Of a stretch of DNA of 64,000 nt, positions 26,141 through 39,020 are shown in pieces. This DNA is from Lama glama. Its lineage: Eukaryota. How positions within the stretch are numbered: position 1 is the first letter of the stretch; each line of letters begins with the position of its first letter. A program made the translations under genes and the position numbers. Below the pieces are notes generated by a model, which did not search any database, had not been told where the DNA came from, and saw only the letters and a list, made by a program, of their open reading frames with translations. The stretch is taken from positions 24,182,001-24,246,000 of the forward strand of contig CM052832.1 in the NCBI GenBank assembly GCA_028534125.1, read 5' to 3'.

Positions 26141-27335
26141 CCCATCATCTCTTCCTGGAAGCCGCCATCTCAAATACCACGATCATTACCAGCTCAGTTC
26201 AGTGACCATTTCTGGAGCTTCCGTAGTAACCTGAGTTTGCATTTCTCACTACTCTTTTGTCATCTTATGCCTATCTTTTTATGTGTTGGTTATCCTCTAG
26301 ACAGTGAACTTTCTGGAAAAAAAAAGAATCCATTCATTTTTTTTTAATCTCCAGCAGGCATGCCAACAGGTATAGGTGATCGATAAATATTTTTGGTACA
26401 AATGGATGAAAAAAAATGGTGACGTTGCAGGTCTCCCTGTGATAGTGGCTGGAACTAGCATGATGATAATGGAGTTAGGGAGCAAAGCAGGAGTCTTAGA
26501 GACAGCTCATCTCCAAAAACACCTCAAGTTTTACCAGCGTGATTTGACCTCCTTTCAAGAAGTCCTTCCCTCCTCCCACCCACCCCTCCTTCAGATTCTT
26601 TCTAAGGATGACCCACTTCTCACTAAGATTTCTTCCAGATAACAGGTTGTTGAGAGCCTTCATTAAAGAAAAAGGTTTCCCCTTCAATGAAAATGACTGG
26701 AAACAGTGAAAAGGCACAGTTTGAAGTTGAAGGCCCCCTGCCAATACAATGACCCAGTTAGGAACCAAAACAAAGAACAGATAAGCCAGGGGAATAAAAG
26801 TCTCCCCACACCCCCTTCCATCTTTTACTCACTGTCATGATTTCTATAAAGTTTTCAACTTGAGGAGCTAATTTAATTCCCTAGAATTAGAAAATTCCAG
26901 CCCTTACTTCAAAAGTTCTTCCCAAAGAAGCAGAGGTAATTGTATACCCCTAATGATAGGAGGGGGTCAGTTTCTGTTCTCACCTCTCAGAGGCACATTT
27001 CCCTCCATTATTTCTCATTCTCCTCCCCTTCCCCTCCCCCATACATTTTGGAAAATTCACCTTCATCTTGCTGCTCTCAAAAATGAGAACAGCTCAGCAA
27101 CAACTTTCCACTTACTAATATTGGGAAGGTACAACAGAGTGTCAGTCTGATGGGGAAAGAAGAGTATATTCTTTAGGGACATGGTTTTAAAATAGTTCTA
27201 CTGAATTATCCCCTAGTGGCAAAGGAGAGTGAAGGAATACATCTTAGGCTGTGGGGTCAGAGCTTGAAAGAAGCACAGGCAAGTGTGAAAATTCTTTGTG
27301 TCTCGTTTTATCTTTAAAATTGCTGCAAAATTTGT

Positions 27336-27336
<1 letters not shown>

Positions 27337-27386
<50 letters not shown>
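27337..27386. repeat. Compound (TC)11(AC)14 microsatellite
   Basis: Read directly from the sequence. Confidence 0.95.
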
Positions 27387-27388
<2 letters not shown>

Positions 27389-28279
27389 CTCCATGTTTGT
27401 ACTAAAATTAAAATAGTCTATCTACCAAACCTTTGAGTAAAATTGACAAGGCGAGCACCATGAAGTTTATCCTGTGCCTTCGGGTACTTTTATCTCCCCA
27501 GATCATTATTACCCCTGAGAGAATGAATACCTCAATTTTGAAGACCTGTTCCTAGAACATCCATTCTTACAAATTCCAGACAGCCATGTGTAGGGGCTGC
27601 AGCTACCCGTCATCTGTGGAAGAGCAGATCCCCAGTCACCTGTGTTTTAACCCAATCTCAATTGAGCATCTTTAGAAGTCTGTTAGGAAAGATGCTGGAG
27701 ATAGGAACAGAAAGAATTTATCATTATGCCACTTTTTATCGCCATTGATGGTTAAGCAAAAATTTACAGAGGTCTGATGGCTTACTCCCTTGTGACCCCT
27801 TGGTAGGTAAGACACAAAGGCAGAGCATTTGAAAAGGTTGCAGAGGCTGCTCACGGCAGCTTTTAGTTCACGAGGCTTCGGTTTATTGTGGGTCTCCCTC
27901 ATTTCCTCTATCCCGCTGCCTGATTTATTTTCTCCTTCTTGCCCTCAGGACTCCAGAATGGGACGTGACTAGTTTATTCTTACCTCACTTTGATTATTCC
28001 TACCTCAGTTTTGTTCCTCTCAATTTCTGGGTGTGACAGATCATAAGATAATTGTAGCTTTGGATATTCTTTTTTCCAAATAAAATGTGATTTTGCTTTC
28101 CTGTTACTCTAGGAAATTATCATTTTCATTGCAAAAAAAATATTATTCAACAAATATTTTTGCTGTCTTGTCAATGCGTTAAGGAAACAAAAACCTTATG
28201 GCACAGTAGGAGTGCACACTATAGAAGAGTACTGTATAATTTCTATATTTCTTTGATTTTCCTTCTAAGATTTCGCGTG

Positions 28280-28470
28280 AAGATCTTCCAACCTGTTGAC
28301 ACTCAGCCCCAAGTTAAACGCCCACACAGAGTTCTGGAAAGCAAAGATCTCTGTTTCTCTCTCTCTCTCTTTCTCTCTCTCTCTGTCTTTGTCTCTCTCT
28401 CTCTTTCTGTGTGTGTGCACACAAATGCACACACCCAATTGGTTCTGTGTCTCTGGAGAGCTCTAATACA
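28280..28470 (+). mobile_element. MLT2-type LTR 3' fragment with (CT)n tract
   Basis: Ends cccaattggttctgtgtctctggagagctctaataca. Confidence 0.55.
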
Positions 28471-30330
28471 CCACATTTAGGACAAATGGTCATCCCTCAA
28501 TGAAGAGAGGCTTCATTATATCTGAGGAAGCATAGTTGATGAAAGCAGTCCTTGACTGGCCTCTTGCCTCTGAATTCCTCTGGGTCCCACAGCCACACCG
28601 CCCCGCTCGAGGACCTCACACTTCAGACTCCGCCCTATCTCCACTCCCCAAGAACAATCACTGCTTGAGTAGAGACTTAAATTTTCTGATTAATAGCCTA
28701 GTCTCAAGCATCACATCACCTTTGCTTCATTCTACTTGCCTCTTCTCCGATGCTCGCTCCTGACTTCCTGTTGTGGTGAACTGGCCAGCACCGTACTTTT
28801 GCCAGGGCTGTGACTCTTTGCTTCTTCTTTTTCCCCTCTATAACCACGGCCATGAACCCCCTCTCAGAAGCCGTAAACCTATTCCTTTCCATCACCTGCT
28901 TCCATGTCAGCTACTAGTCTACTCTGCCCTGCTTGTTCATGTCTCCTACTCTGAACTTTCCACACTGAGTGGCCAATTATTGGAATGCTCTGCCACCTCT
29001 TCTTGGACTCCCTATTCCCAATTACTTGCCTTGACAGTGAGCCTCAACTTCCAACCCTGCTCCCTGCCTCCACTTGGAGAGCCAGTGCTCATTCCCACTC
29101 ATCCCTACCAGCTCCGTCACCAAGTTTGTAAGGGTCACGTCCCACTCCTAATATGACCAGCCTATTAGTCAATTTCTTAAGACATACCCTAGTCAGAAAA
29201 AGTAAAATTATCCTAGTCAAGACAAGGTTTTATAGCATCAGAGAGCTCAGAAGTAACCTTACAAGACGGCTTAGTTCAAACTTCTAAACTCCTGCAGTGC
29301 TTACTCTTATCACTCTGTATTCAATTTTTGTGTCTACATTCTCTCATTTTTAGAGTCTAGTGACTGTAAGTTCCAAGAGAACAGGGGCTCCATCTTAAGT
29401 ATCTTCTATCCAGAAGGGCGCCTTGAACGTCCTACCTCTGATGAATGAGCCAGATGAACAGTCTAAAGTCCAAGGTCACACAGCCGGTGGCGACCAGAAC
29501 TCAGGTTTTCCGATTCCTCGGATTTTCTGAATTACAGAAGCAAAAATAGGCTTTAAAATTGTTCTATGTATTATATTATAACTTCTCTCAAAGCATATTC
29601 ATGGGTTTTGCAGGTAACTTCTCCTTTACCATTCACATTCCAGTGGGGAGAAATTGTTACTTAAAAAAAAAAAGAAAACCACTTCCTGAAGGACTCACTG
29701 AGGTAAAGAACACTGAAGTCCTCTCATCACATAGCTGCATTCAGTTTTCTACACTCCTCTCATTTGCTTTTCAGACCCACAGTTAAATTTCCCTGTTCCC
29801 ACTCCAAGGCAAAGAAAATGCTGCTAGCTTTGTCAACAGCAAATAAAACATGGGTAACTACTTTGCAGTCAGTTCATGTATTCATCTTTCAGCATCTATT
29901 ATGAATCTATTATGAATCAAGCTATACTTGGCATATCTGTGAAAGAGCGTGTGAAGCTTTCTTGCAGAACAAAAAACAATAACACTCATATTCATGGATT
30001 GTGATATTCTGGGAGAGCCATATGTGACTAGTGTGTCTTCAAAATATTTTATTCTGTTGGTACATAAAAGGTTTGAAAATGTTGTTTTCTCGGCCTCTGA
30101 TGTTCAGGGAGGCTAAAGAGCTGGCAGCCTGGATCTTTTTTCTTATTCACATGCAAAAGTTATATCAGAAACCCTTCTGACATAACAAGTTAATCAAGTC
30201 TTCAAGAGCAAAAATGGGTGCCCTGCTTTTATAGGGCCACAAAAGCCATTGGTCTTTAAATAGTGAGTGACTGGATGTTCATAAATTATACACCAAACAG
30301 GGCTTTGCCAGTGCCCAGTTAGTGAATGTT

Positions 30331-30827
30331 TTTTGTTTGTTTGATTTTATTGAAGTATAGTTAATTTACAGTGTTATATTAGTTTTAGGTGTACAACATA
30401 GTGGTTCAATATTTTTTATAGACTATACTCAATTTAAAGATATTATAAAATACTGGCTACATTCCCTGTGCTGTATATTGCATCCTTGTATCTTATTTAT
30501 TTCATACCTAGTAGTTTGTACCTCTAATCCTCTACCTTACCCCTACCCATCCCCACTCCCCACGAGTGTTCACAAATTAGTAAACACTTAATTGTTCTCT
30601 GTTATTTATGAGTCCATTTCTGTTTTGTTATATTCATTCATTTGTTTTTATTTTTTAGGTTCTACATATAAGTGAAAACATACAGTATTTGTCTTTCTTT
30701 GTCTGACTTACTTCACTAAGTATGATGCCCTCCAGTTCCATTGATATTGTTGCAAATGGCAAGATTTCATTCTTTTTTATGGCTGAGTAATATTCCATTG
30801 TATATATACCACATCTTCTTTATCCAT
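30331..30827 (-). mobile_element. 5'-truncated L1 3' end with ~15-bp TSD
   Basis: tttattgaagtatagttaatttacagtg...tatatataccacatcttctttatccat. TSD CAGTTAGTGAATGTT (30316-30330) versus CAGTTAGTGAGTATT (30828-30842). Confidence 0.9.
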
Positions 30828-32378
30828 CAGTTAGTGAGTATTTTTAATGATACCATTGAATTGAATGGGACTTTCCTGCCTCTGAACTGGGGCTGGCATA
30901 TCAACATAAGGACATGTTGAGTCACAGAAAGAAAGAAGATTTATAGTTGTATTTTATTTATTAATACCTCATCTGGTTACAGAATGGATTTAAGGCAGCT
31001 TACATAGAGACTTCTAGTATAAGAAGAAGAAAAACAAAACAGAAGAAATAAGTGAGGAAAGTGAAGCCAAAGGAAAATGAGGGCAGTATATAAGGTTTCC
31101 ATGAAATTTAAGATGCAAAGACTTAAGTCAATGCTAGAATTTTCCACCTAAGAAATATGCATAGGTATGTCTTACTTTGGGAGAACCAATCATACACAAA
31201 TCCACACTTTTAAGCCATAGAATTTATGAGGCTAATTTTCACATTTCAAAAGTATTTTTCATTTTACAAAACAATTCACCACTATATTCCTTTAAATAGT
31301 GAGGATTTTGCATTTAAAATACATTCATGTTGCGTTAGACAAAACTTTAGTTTATCTATATATGGCATTTTAAATTCTTTCTGCTAAGACAGGCATAAAT
31401 AAATCATTTATTGCATAGGATTTGACTGTATAACAAGTGTTGTAGGGTATGGTACTGACAACTACCTTGGAAATATTTAATCAAAAACATAAATGAGAAG
31501 GCGTGAAACCAGCTGGAGCGCAGCAAAGACATAGACCTCTCCAATTAGGCGAGGATTCCACATACCTGATTAATTTAAAGGTATCAGCTGCTTTGCTAGG
31601 GAGGGAATCACACATCTGTAAGTTCGTATTCTACCTTCTTCCTCTTCATCCTCTAAAAACTTCTTAGTGTGATGTTTGCTAGATCATAACCTTAATAACA
31701 GGCCTATTTCATCTGTTAGCACCTGAGTCAGTGCCTCAAATATAATAGGCACCCAAAATATTTCCTAAATGTTGCGCGAAGACTAGAGGGGGAAGAAATT
31801 CCTCATTGATTTCTGAATCTAGAGTTCTTGCAAGTCAGAGTAAGAGTCAGGTTCTTTCACATATTTTAACCCAGCGGTAAATTCATTTCAGGGTCCCACT
31901 CAAATGCTGCAAGACTGAGACCCTAGGCAGCTCAGCAGTGACTTACAAGGGCAGGGGTACATAGACAGGGCAGGGAGATGGGCCAAGAGGAAGAGGCAGG
32001 TGCTGGGTGAGAAAGAGGAGACAAAATTGGTCCTGAAATCAAAAAGATATGAGGGTCAGAGACCCACAGTAAACCATAGTTACCACCATGGAGGGTCTCA
32101 GGGCAAAAGGGGGGAGCTGCCCTCTGACCTTTCCGTATTTATATCTCAAGAAGTAATACTCTGTGGGGTTTTCTTTTTCCCTTCAAGTCTGCCTTTTACA
32201 TTCCTTCTAGTCGTAAATGTCAGAGTTGTTGCCAAAGAGTGATGAAGCAACCCCTCACACGGAAGTTCCCGGGATAGCACTGGGTATTAAAGCCTCCAAA
32301 GGGCAGTCCTGATATATATTCTCTTGCTGTTATTTTCCACCGTCTTATTTGCCAGTCATTTCTTTGGCTCTGTGGCTC

Positions 32379-32448
32379 TGTGTGTGTGTGTGTGTGTGTA
32401 TGAGCATATATATGTGTGTGTGTATGTGTGTGTGTGTGTGTGTGTGTA
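32379..32448. repeat. Interrupted (TG)n microsatellite
   Basis: Read directly from the sequence. Confidence 0.92.
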
Positions 32449-33309
32449 TAGGGAAATAAAACCTAGTATTTCAACTAAAAGAAGACTTCCTTTTTTGAGT
32501 TTTTACAATGTCAAAATAAATTCTGAATTTAAGAGTCAGATCTTTAAGACTGCTCTGGGCTATTCTTCAAAGGTAGTTCTGATATATTGAAAATGCAGTC
32601 AAGTTAGAAGGAAAATACTGAAGTTTTGCTTTTAAAATAACCAGTGTGATATTGATCCTCCTCTTAGTTTTCCCATAAAATCATTGAACAGCTGAATTTA
32701 AGAAAAAAGAATCTGTGCCTTTAAATTTTGTTCTGCTTAAAATTTGTGGGTTTTTTTGTGATTTATTTTTGCATTTATTGTTGGATAATGATGTACTACA
32801 GAAATATATAAAACACAAGCTGTGTCTTATTTTGTTTGGTGCTGAAATGCTCAATTAAAAACAGGTTATGTTCCATGCCCTTAGCCTCCTGAGCTGACAT
32901 CGTATTGTTCAGAGTAGTACGTGTCACCCTAAATAATTTCACATGCATCTGTTTTATTAGTAGGTGCTAAAGAAACATGCATCTTGTACAGTGACTTCAC
33001 ATAAGATCATTTTGCAGTTTCCTGTATTATTTATGTAACACTTTGGGATCTGTGGGTCACAAATCCTACTATAAACTTGTCCTCTTAAAATTGTTAATGG
33101 AAAGTGAAGTCCTTCTCTAATAGTGTTTTTCCAGACATGCTTGAAAAGACATTCCAGTGAAAATTTTAAAGCAAACAAAAAAATGTATTACTGTGTTACT
33201 ATTTCCCAGATTTAAAAGGCACCACACATGCTCATTTTTAGAGAGTAATGCCCCCTTTTAATTGGAGGTCCACACACTCCCCACTGGAAATCTACCTTGT
33301 CCTATTCTT

Positions 33310-33416
33310 TTTTTTTAATTGAAGTACAGTCAGTTACAATGTGTCAATTTCTGGTGTACAGCACAATGTCCCAGTCATGCACATACATACATATATTCTT
33401 TTTCATATTTTTTTAT
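33310..33416 (-). mobile_element. Very short, young L1 3' end (camelid-type) with perfect 14-bp TSD
   Basis: PolyT then aattgaagtacagtcagttacaatgtgtcaatttctggtgtacagcacaatgtccc. TSD CTTGTCCTATTCTT at 33296-33309 and 33417-33430. Confidence 0.9.
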
Positions 33417-33699
33417 CTTGTCCTATTCTTGAGGCCAGAATAGCCATGCAGATTATAGTCAACATGAAGATGGCTGCTGGTGAGTTTCTCTGATGGCTGA
33501 GACCTCTGACCTTGCCTGAATACTCTGCATGACCCAGTGCACACTCATCCAGTCTGGTCAGCACAGGGTTGCTTCCTCTGTTACTGTGCCTCTTTGCCAA
33601 GTACATCTCACAACCTCACATCTGTTGTCTGTAAGTGTTTCAGAAATGGCCACCATCCTTTCTTTCTCCAATTTTTCACGCAGTGTTAGATGACCATCG

Positions 33700-33815
33700 T
33701 GGGCCATCATTCAAGGACATCACTCCATAGTGATTTCTGCATAGTTTTGTAACTTTAGGTAAAGCCCTCTGCCACTCTGGATCTTGCTTTCTTTTCTGAA
33801 AAGAAAATAGATGAG
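33700..33815 (+). mobile_element. MIR fragment
   Basis: tagttttgtaactttaggtaaagccctctgccactctggatcttgctttcttttctgaaa resembles the MIR core. Confidence 0.5.
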
Positions 33816-36800
33816 CATTTCTTAGAATACTACGGTCCATAAAATGAAAAAAAAAACAATTCTCAATGATAGAACCTTGTGCCTCTCTTGATCCCTCATG
33901 CATATTAGTATATGAAAGGTCCTGAGAAGTCAGACAGCAGAGAAACTGGTTTGGCTTTGCTTCACTCGATGTCCCACAAATTACTTGCTCTCAGAACCTT
34001 CCTCCTGGTAATAACTTGCCATGATTCAGAACTGGCGGGAAAACAGGTTGAGAAGGTTACGCGAGACAATCTTTAAAAGATTGTTCTAAGTGTAACAGAC
34101 ACTCTGTGATTCCCTCCTGTCAGTCCACTCTTTCTCGCACAAGGGATTTGAATGCTTAGATCTCAGCTCAGTTAAACTACGTCAATGACTCTATATAACC
34201 AATTGTAAAATAAATAAATAAATAAGTTTTACAAAATGGCTTGAGCTTGAGTCTGGGAGTTGGATCTGCCCACCAGTCATATAGTTCACGGCATTTCACA
34301 CGCACCCCAGAGTACAGTGCGCTAAATCCTTTAAAGAGTGACTAATACTCCACTGTGATAGGACAGACGCTTGGGGTTTTAGCCAAATCTTGTAAATTTA
34401 GCAAAGAATATCAGAGCAACTCCTTCTGCTACCCGAAATGTCAGGGACTCTTACATTTTCATGAAGAACATGCAGGTCTTGGTTTTTAAAGGTCTTACAT
34501 GAGCACGTTCATTGAAAATCAGAAGGTTTGTCTACACGGATAAGATGAATGCTATAGTTAGATGTGTGTGAAAAATGGACCCGGAAGTTCTAGCCGGCAT
34601 TTGATATTCCTGGGGTGTTGATGACATCAAGTCTTGGCACTCTGGGACCTCAGCACATTTCTGGACCAAAAAGACCATTTTTGCCCACAACCAATTTTTA
34701 AATACAATGTATCACGTATTTTCTTGTTCTACTCTCTGGAATTGAGCTAAGGAGACTATGAGCTAGTTAAGACCCCAAAAATCACATTGAGTATGAAGAT
34801 TAGCCTTTGTGTTTTGCCCCATATACTTCACCAGCATAATCCAATTACCTTCTCCCCTAAGTGATCACTCCCTACTCCAGGGTCTAACCTCTCCGGCTCT
34901 CACCCTAGTTTTATCCCAGCACTGAAGTCCATAAGACAGTCTGTAGAGGGCAGACTTAGTTTTGAAATGGCCATTTGCCCAGTACCTTATATTTACGTGA
35001 TTGCTTGATGCCCTGATTCACCTAGTTCCTGCTTATTTGCTGAGGTTTATCATCTTGTCTTTCTTTTGATTTCTGACTTTTTTGTGCTCCTGACAGCTCT
35101 GTTTTTGGGGGTTTTTTTTCCCAGAGTGATGGCCTCTATGTTAACTTTTCCACTATTGTTTCTACCTTGCCTTGGTTCACCTAGACCTGATTTCCCATCC
35201 TGAATCCAACTACAGTCACAGCACAAAACCACATTAACAGGTCCATTTAGGTGTGCTGGGCATAGAGGAATAACAAAGAATGTTGAGGGCACACAAAGAA
35301 ACTAAGCATGTAGCAGCTGGGCTGAGTCATTTTGCGATTAAATGGCCACATTTGAGTAACACTTGTATCAAGCCACTCAGATACAGTTTCATGGACTTGA
35401 CTTCTCCAGCCACCATGGATTGCTCAACTCAAATCTCATCTTCAAGAAGTTTTCCCTGATTGCTTGCGCCCAAAGAGCAATTTTCTGAATTTATATAGCT
35501 CCAGTTGTCTTGTACCAAGTGCCAGAAATTTACCATTGTCTGGCATTGAATTCCCTGATTATCTCATTGGCTCTATTTTTACACAGGGATAATCTGCCTA
35601 ACTAGATGAGGACTGCGTCTAACAAAGTTTTGTTCTCTCCTACAATATATAGGAACATAAATTAACAAGGAGATAGTCTCATAGATTCCATCAATTGACA
35701 ATGTTTTATGGGGCAGTGAGTTATCCATTTGAGTGAACTGGAAATTGTGATGAACATGGCCATCGAGTGGAATTGATAGAAAGAAAAGAAGACACTTGGA
35801 GGCAGGTGAAGAGGATAAACAAGGAACTTGCCTTTCTGAAAGTCTGGCTTAAACTAAACACTACTATTTCCTTTGTCCCACAAGGTTTTCAGAATTACCT
35901 TCTTCTTTACTTAATTACCTACACTAGACAAACTAGACAAGAGTCTTCAAACAAGTCCTAGTGCCCCCAAAAAACAATCACAACAAAGATTCCAGGAATT
36001 AAGATCTAGAACCCTTCCTTATAAACCTTTTTACACCTCTGTCAGCTCATAATAATGCTCAACTAAAATGAGAAAAACACTGCCAAACAATTCCATCCTC
36101 CTTCCCTAACTCAACCCAAGCCTCAACAGTCTTTGGGAAACTGAGACTCATGTTCCAAAGACCATGGCGCCCTACTTGGAAAAGATGTACAGTCAAAGGC
36201 ATGCCTCTCATTATCACAAACAGTAATTGTGGTTCTCTTTTGCAATAATGTATGCTTGGGGGTGATTAGCTTGCCTTCTTTACATATTCATGGCGTTTTG
36301 TTAATTTATTATACATAGCTGTGTCTTTACCAGTGTAAAAGTTCATTTTCAGAAGGATAAGCAGTGGTTTCTGGATGGTAATATTTGAATAACCCCAGTA
36401 AATGATTCAGCAAATTGTTTGCTTTTTGAAGATGTACATGTAAAGATGGGAGAGGGTTTCTTTCCAAAATGATTATAGTGGTGCCCAAGATACTCCTAAA
36501 CACTTAAGCCCAGCCTGCACTTTGGGAATCTGACTGTAGGCTAATAAAGAACTCATTGTCTCACTTTTAGACTCATAGCTGTAAGTCTAATTGCAAATGA
36601 GTAGTTGCAAATGTCCAACTCCTCAGAGGCTGAGACAATTTCCTTTCATCTATAATTACAAACAAGGGCAAATGAATGTCCATCTAGTATGATTTTAAGA
36701 TAGAGTCCAAAAAAAGAATCGGTAGCATGGTGAGCTCTATCTTGAAAACCTATCAGGAAGGTAGACCTACAAGTGGGGAGACCCGTAAGGTTTTACAGTT

Positions 36801-38058
36801 ACCTACAGCTGCAGAAATTATAGAAATCGGGACAAGAGGAAGCCAGGACGGGAAGAAACACTTATTTCCATTAACGATAGATCTGCTATTTGTGTTCTCC
36901 TATCTATCTCAGCATGAAACAGTCCCCTGGAGTTGAAAGACCTCTGTTGGATGCCTGCCTCTGCCTTAGGCTTGCTGAATGGAAGTTTTTCATCATCTCT
37001 GAGTCCCACGTCCTCTTCTGAAAAGTGGGGATATGAGTGTGTTCACTGTCCACTGGAAAGAGTAGCATGAAGTTCACACATGATAATCTTGGAACTAGCT
37101 GGGTGTTCTTAAGAGCTCTCTGTCTTCCACCGGCGAGTCAAGTCCAGGGGCGACTTCCTCAAAGGCTCCCTCCCTCTGTCCACAGAGGTTGTTGTAGACT
37201 TTTGTCCCTCCCTCCGTTCTATGAGCTGTGTGTCACCCAACCCCAGTTACAGACTTTGCTTCTGATAAGTTCTTGCTGCTCCTCTTCCTCTCCTTTCAAC
37301 ACAATCTTTTCCAAAGTACTTTGGAACTTCCCAAGATGGCCTTCACCCAAAATGAAGTATGTTCAGTAATGAATAGTGTTCAGCCTTTTCTCGATCCATT
37401 TCTAGCGGCCCTAAACTAGACTATTTCAACATGAGCTCGACCCCTTCTCCTAAAACTGTGCCTGAGCCAAAGCCTCAGGCTTCGGCTTGCCTGGAAGGCA
37501 TCTAAGTCAAGAGGGTGTGTTGGCGGGGCTATACTCTGTAGACTTCTTTTCTGATGTAAAGTAGCCACTGCAAGGGTCGTTTTAGTGAATTATCCATCTG
37601 GTCTTTAAATTCCCTTTACAGCTTGTCCAGTAGTAGTATATTCACTGGACACTCTGAGGCAACCCATCCCATCTTTGGGTAGCTCTGATGGTTGAACTGG
37701 AATCTGTGTCCCTGTCACTCTTCTCAGTGTGGCCCAAGTGCTACTCATCGAGGCCATATAGAAGTTAAAATAGACTTCCCTGTAATCATTTTATATAGAA
37801 AGAAACAGAAAGAAAAAGAATTTTTGGCCAGAAAATACAATGATACATATTATATATATTTCTTTCTGGTTTTTTTATTATTATTCCATATAGATCTCTT
37901 GCCCAGTTCTTCATTGTCCTGTTTTCTTCTCTCTAAACACCTCCAGTTCTTCTAGCTAGTTTGAAGTTTTAACTAACAATAATGACTAGCACTAATATTC
38001 AGCTAATAATTTGCCAACCCCTTGACAAGATTACTTTGACTGATTTTATGACTTTCTT

Positions 38059-38816
38059 TTTTAATTAATTTATTTTTATCATAGGGTAGTTGATTTACAG
38101 TGTTGTGTTAGTTTCAAGTGTACAGCAAAATGATTCAGTAAAACATGCATGTGTATATATAAACATATTCTTTTCCAGATTCTTTTCCGTTATAGGTTAT
38201 TACAAGATATTGAATATAGTTCCCTGTGCTATACAGTAGTCCTTGTTTTTTATCTATTTTATGTGTAGTAGTGTGGATATGTTAATTCCAAACTCCTTAT
38301 TTGTCCTCCCCCTGACCTCATTCCCCTTTGGTAACTATAGTTTGTTTTTTAGGTCTGTGAGTTTATTTTCCAGTTTGTAAATAAGTTCATTTGTACCATT
38401 TTTTTAGATTCCACATATAAGTGATATCATAGGGTATTTGGCTTTTTCTATCTTACTTACTTTACTTAATACGGCCATCTCTAGCTCTATCCATGTTGCT
38501 GCAAATAGCATTATTTATCCTTTTTATGGCTGAGTAATATTCCATTGTATGCATCTACCACATTTTCTTTATCCATTTATCTGTCATTGGACATTCAGTT
38601 TGCTTCCATGTCTTGGCTATGGTAAATAGTGCTGCTCTGAACGCTGGGTGCATGTATCTTTTCAAATTAGAGTTTTCTCCAAATAAATGCCCAGGAATGG
38701 GATTGTTGGATCACATATTAACTCTATTTTTAGTTTTTTTAGAAACCTCCATACTATTCTCCATAGTGGCTGCAGTAACTTACATTCCCATCAACAGAGT
38801 AGGAGGGTTCCTTTTT
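38059..38816 (-). mobile_element. 5'-truncated L1 (cetartiodactyl-type) with 19-bp TSD
   Basis: Antisense L1 3' UTR and ORF2 end. TSD CTGATTTTATGACTTTCTT (38040-38058) versus CTGATTTCGTGACTTTCTT (38817-38835). Confidence 0.92.
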
Positions 38817-38835
38817 CTGATTTCGTGACTTTCTT

Positions 38836-39020
38836 AATGAAGTTCCAAATATAGACTAAGAATGAAGGTCCAAGGTCTAGCTGACTTCCTTATCTGCAAG
38901 CCCGACATATTGTCAGTGAAAGAAATGAATTTTGTTTGACAGGATTTGTTCTTAATGAATCAGTGCTAGTTCCTGGCAATCACTGCTTCTTGTAAATAAT
39001 CCATTCTAACATCTTACCCA
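38836..39020 (-). mobile_element. CR1/L3 LINE reverse-transcriptase remnant
   Basis: The minus strand from 38989 reads EAVIARN*H*FIKNKSCQTKFISFTDNMSGL, matching the CR1 RT motif 'SQHGFxKxKSCxTNLISF'. Confidence 0.78.

Noticed and set aside
29894..29915. Short tandem duplication (atctattatga x2) as an array
   Set aside because: Only two units; ordinary slippage duplication.
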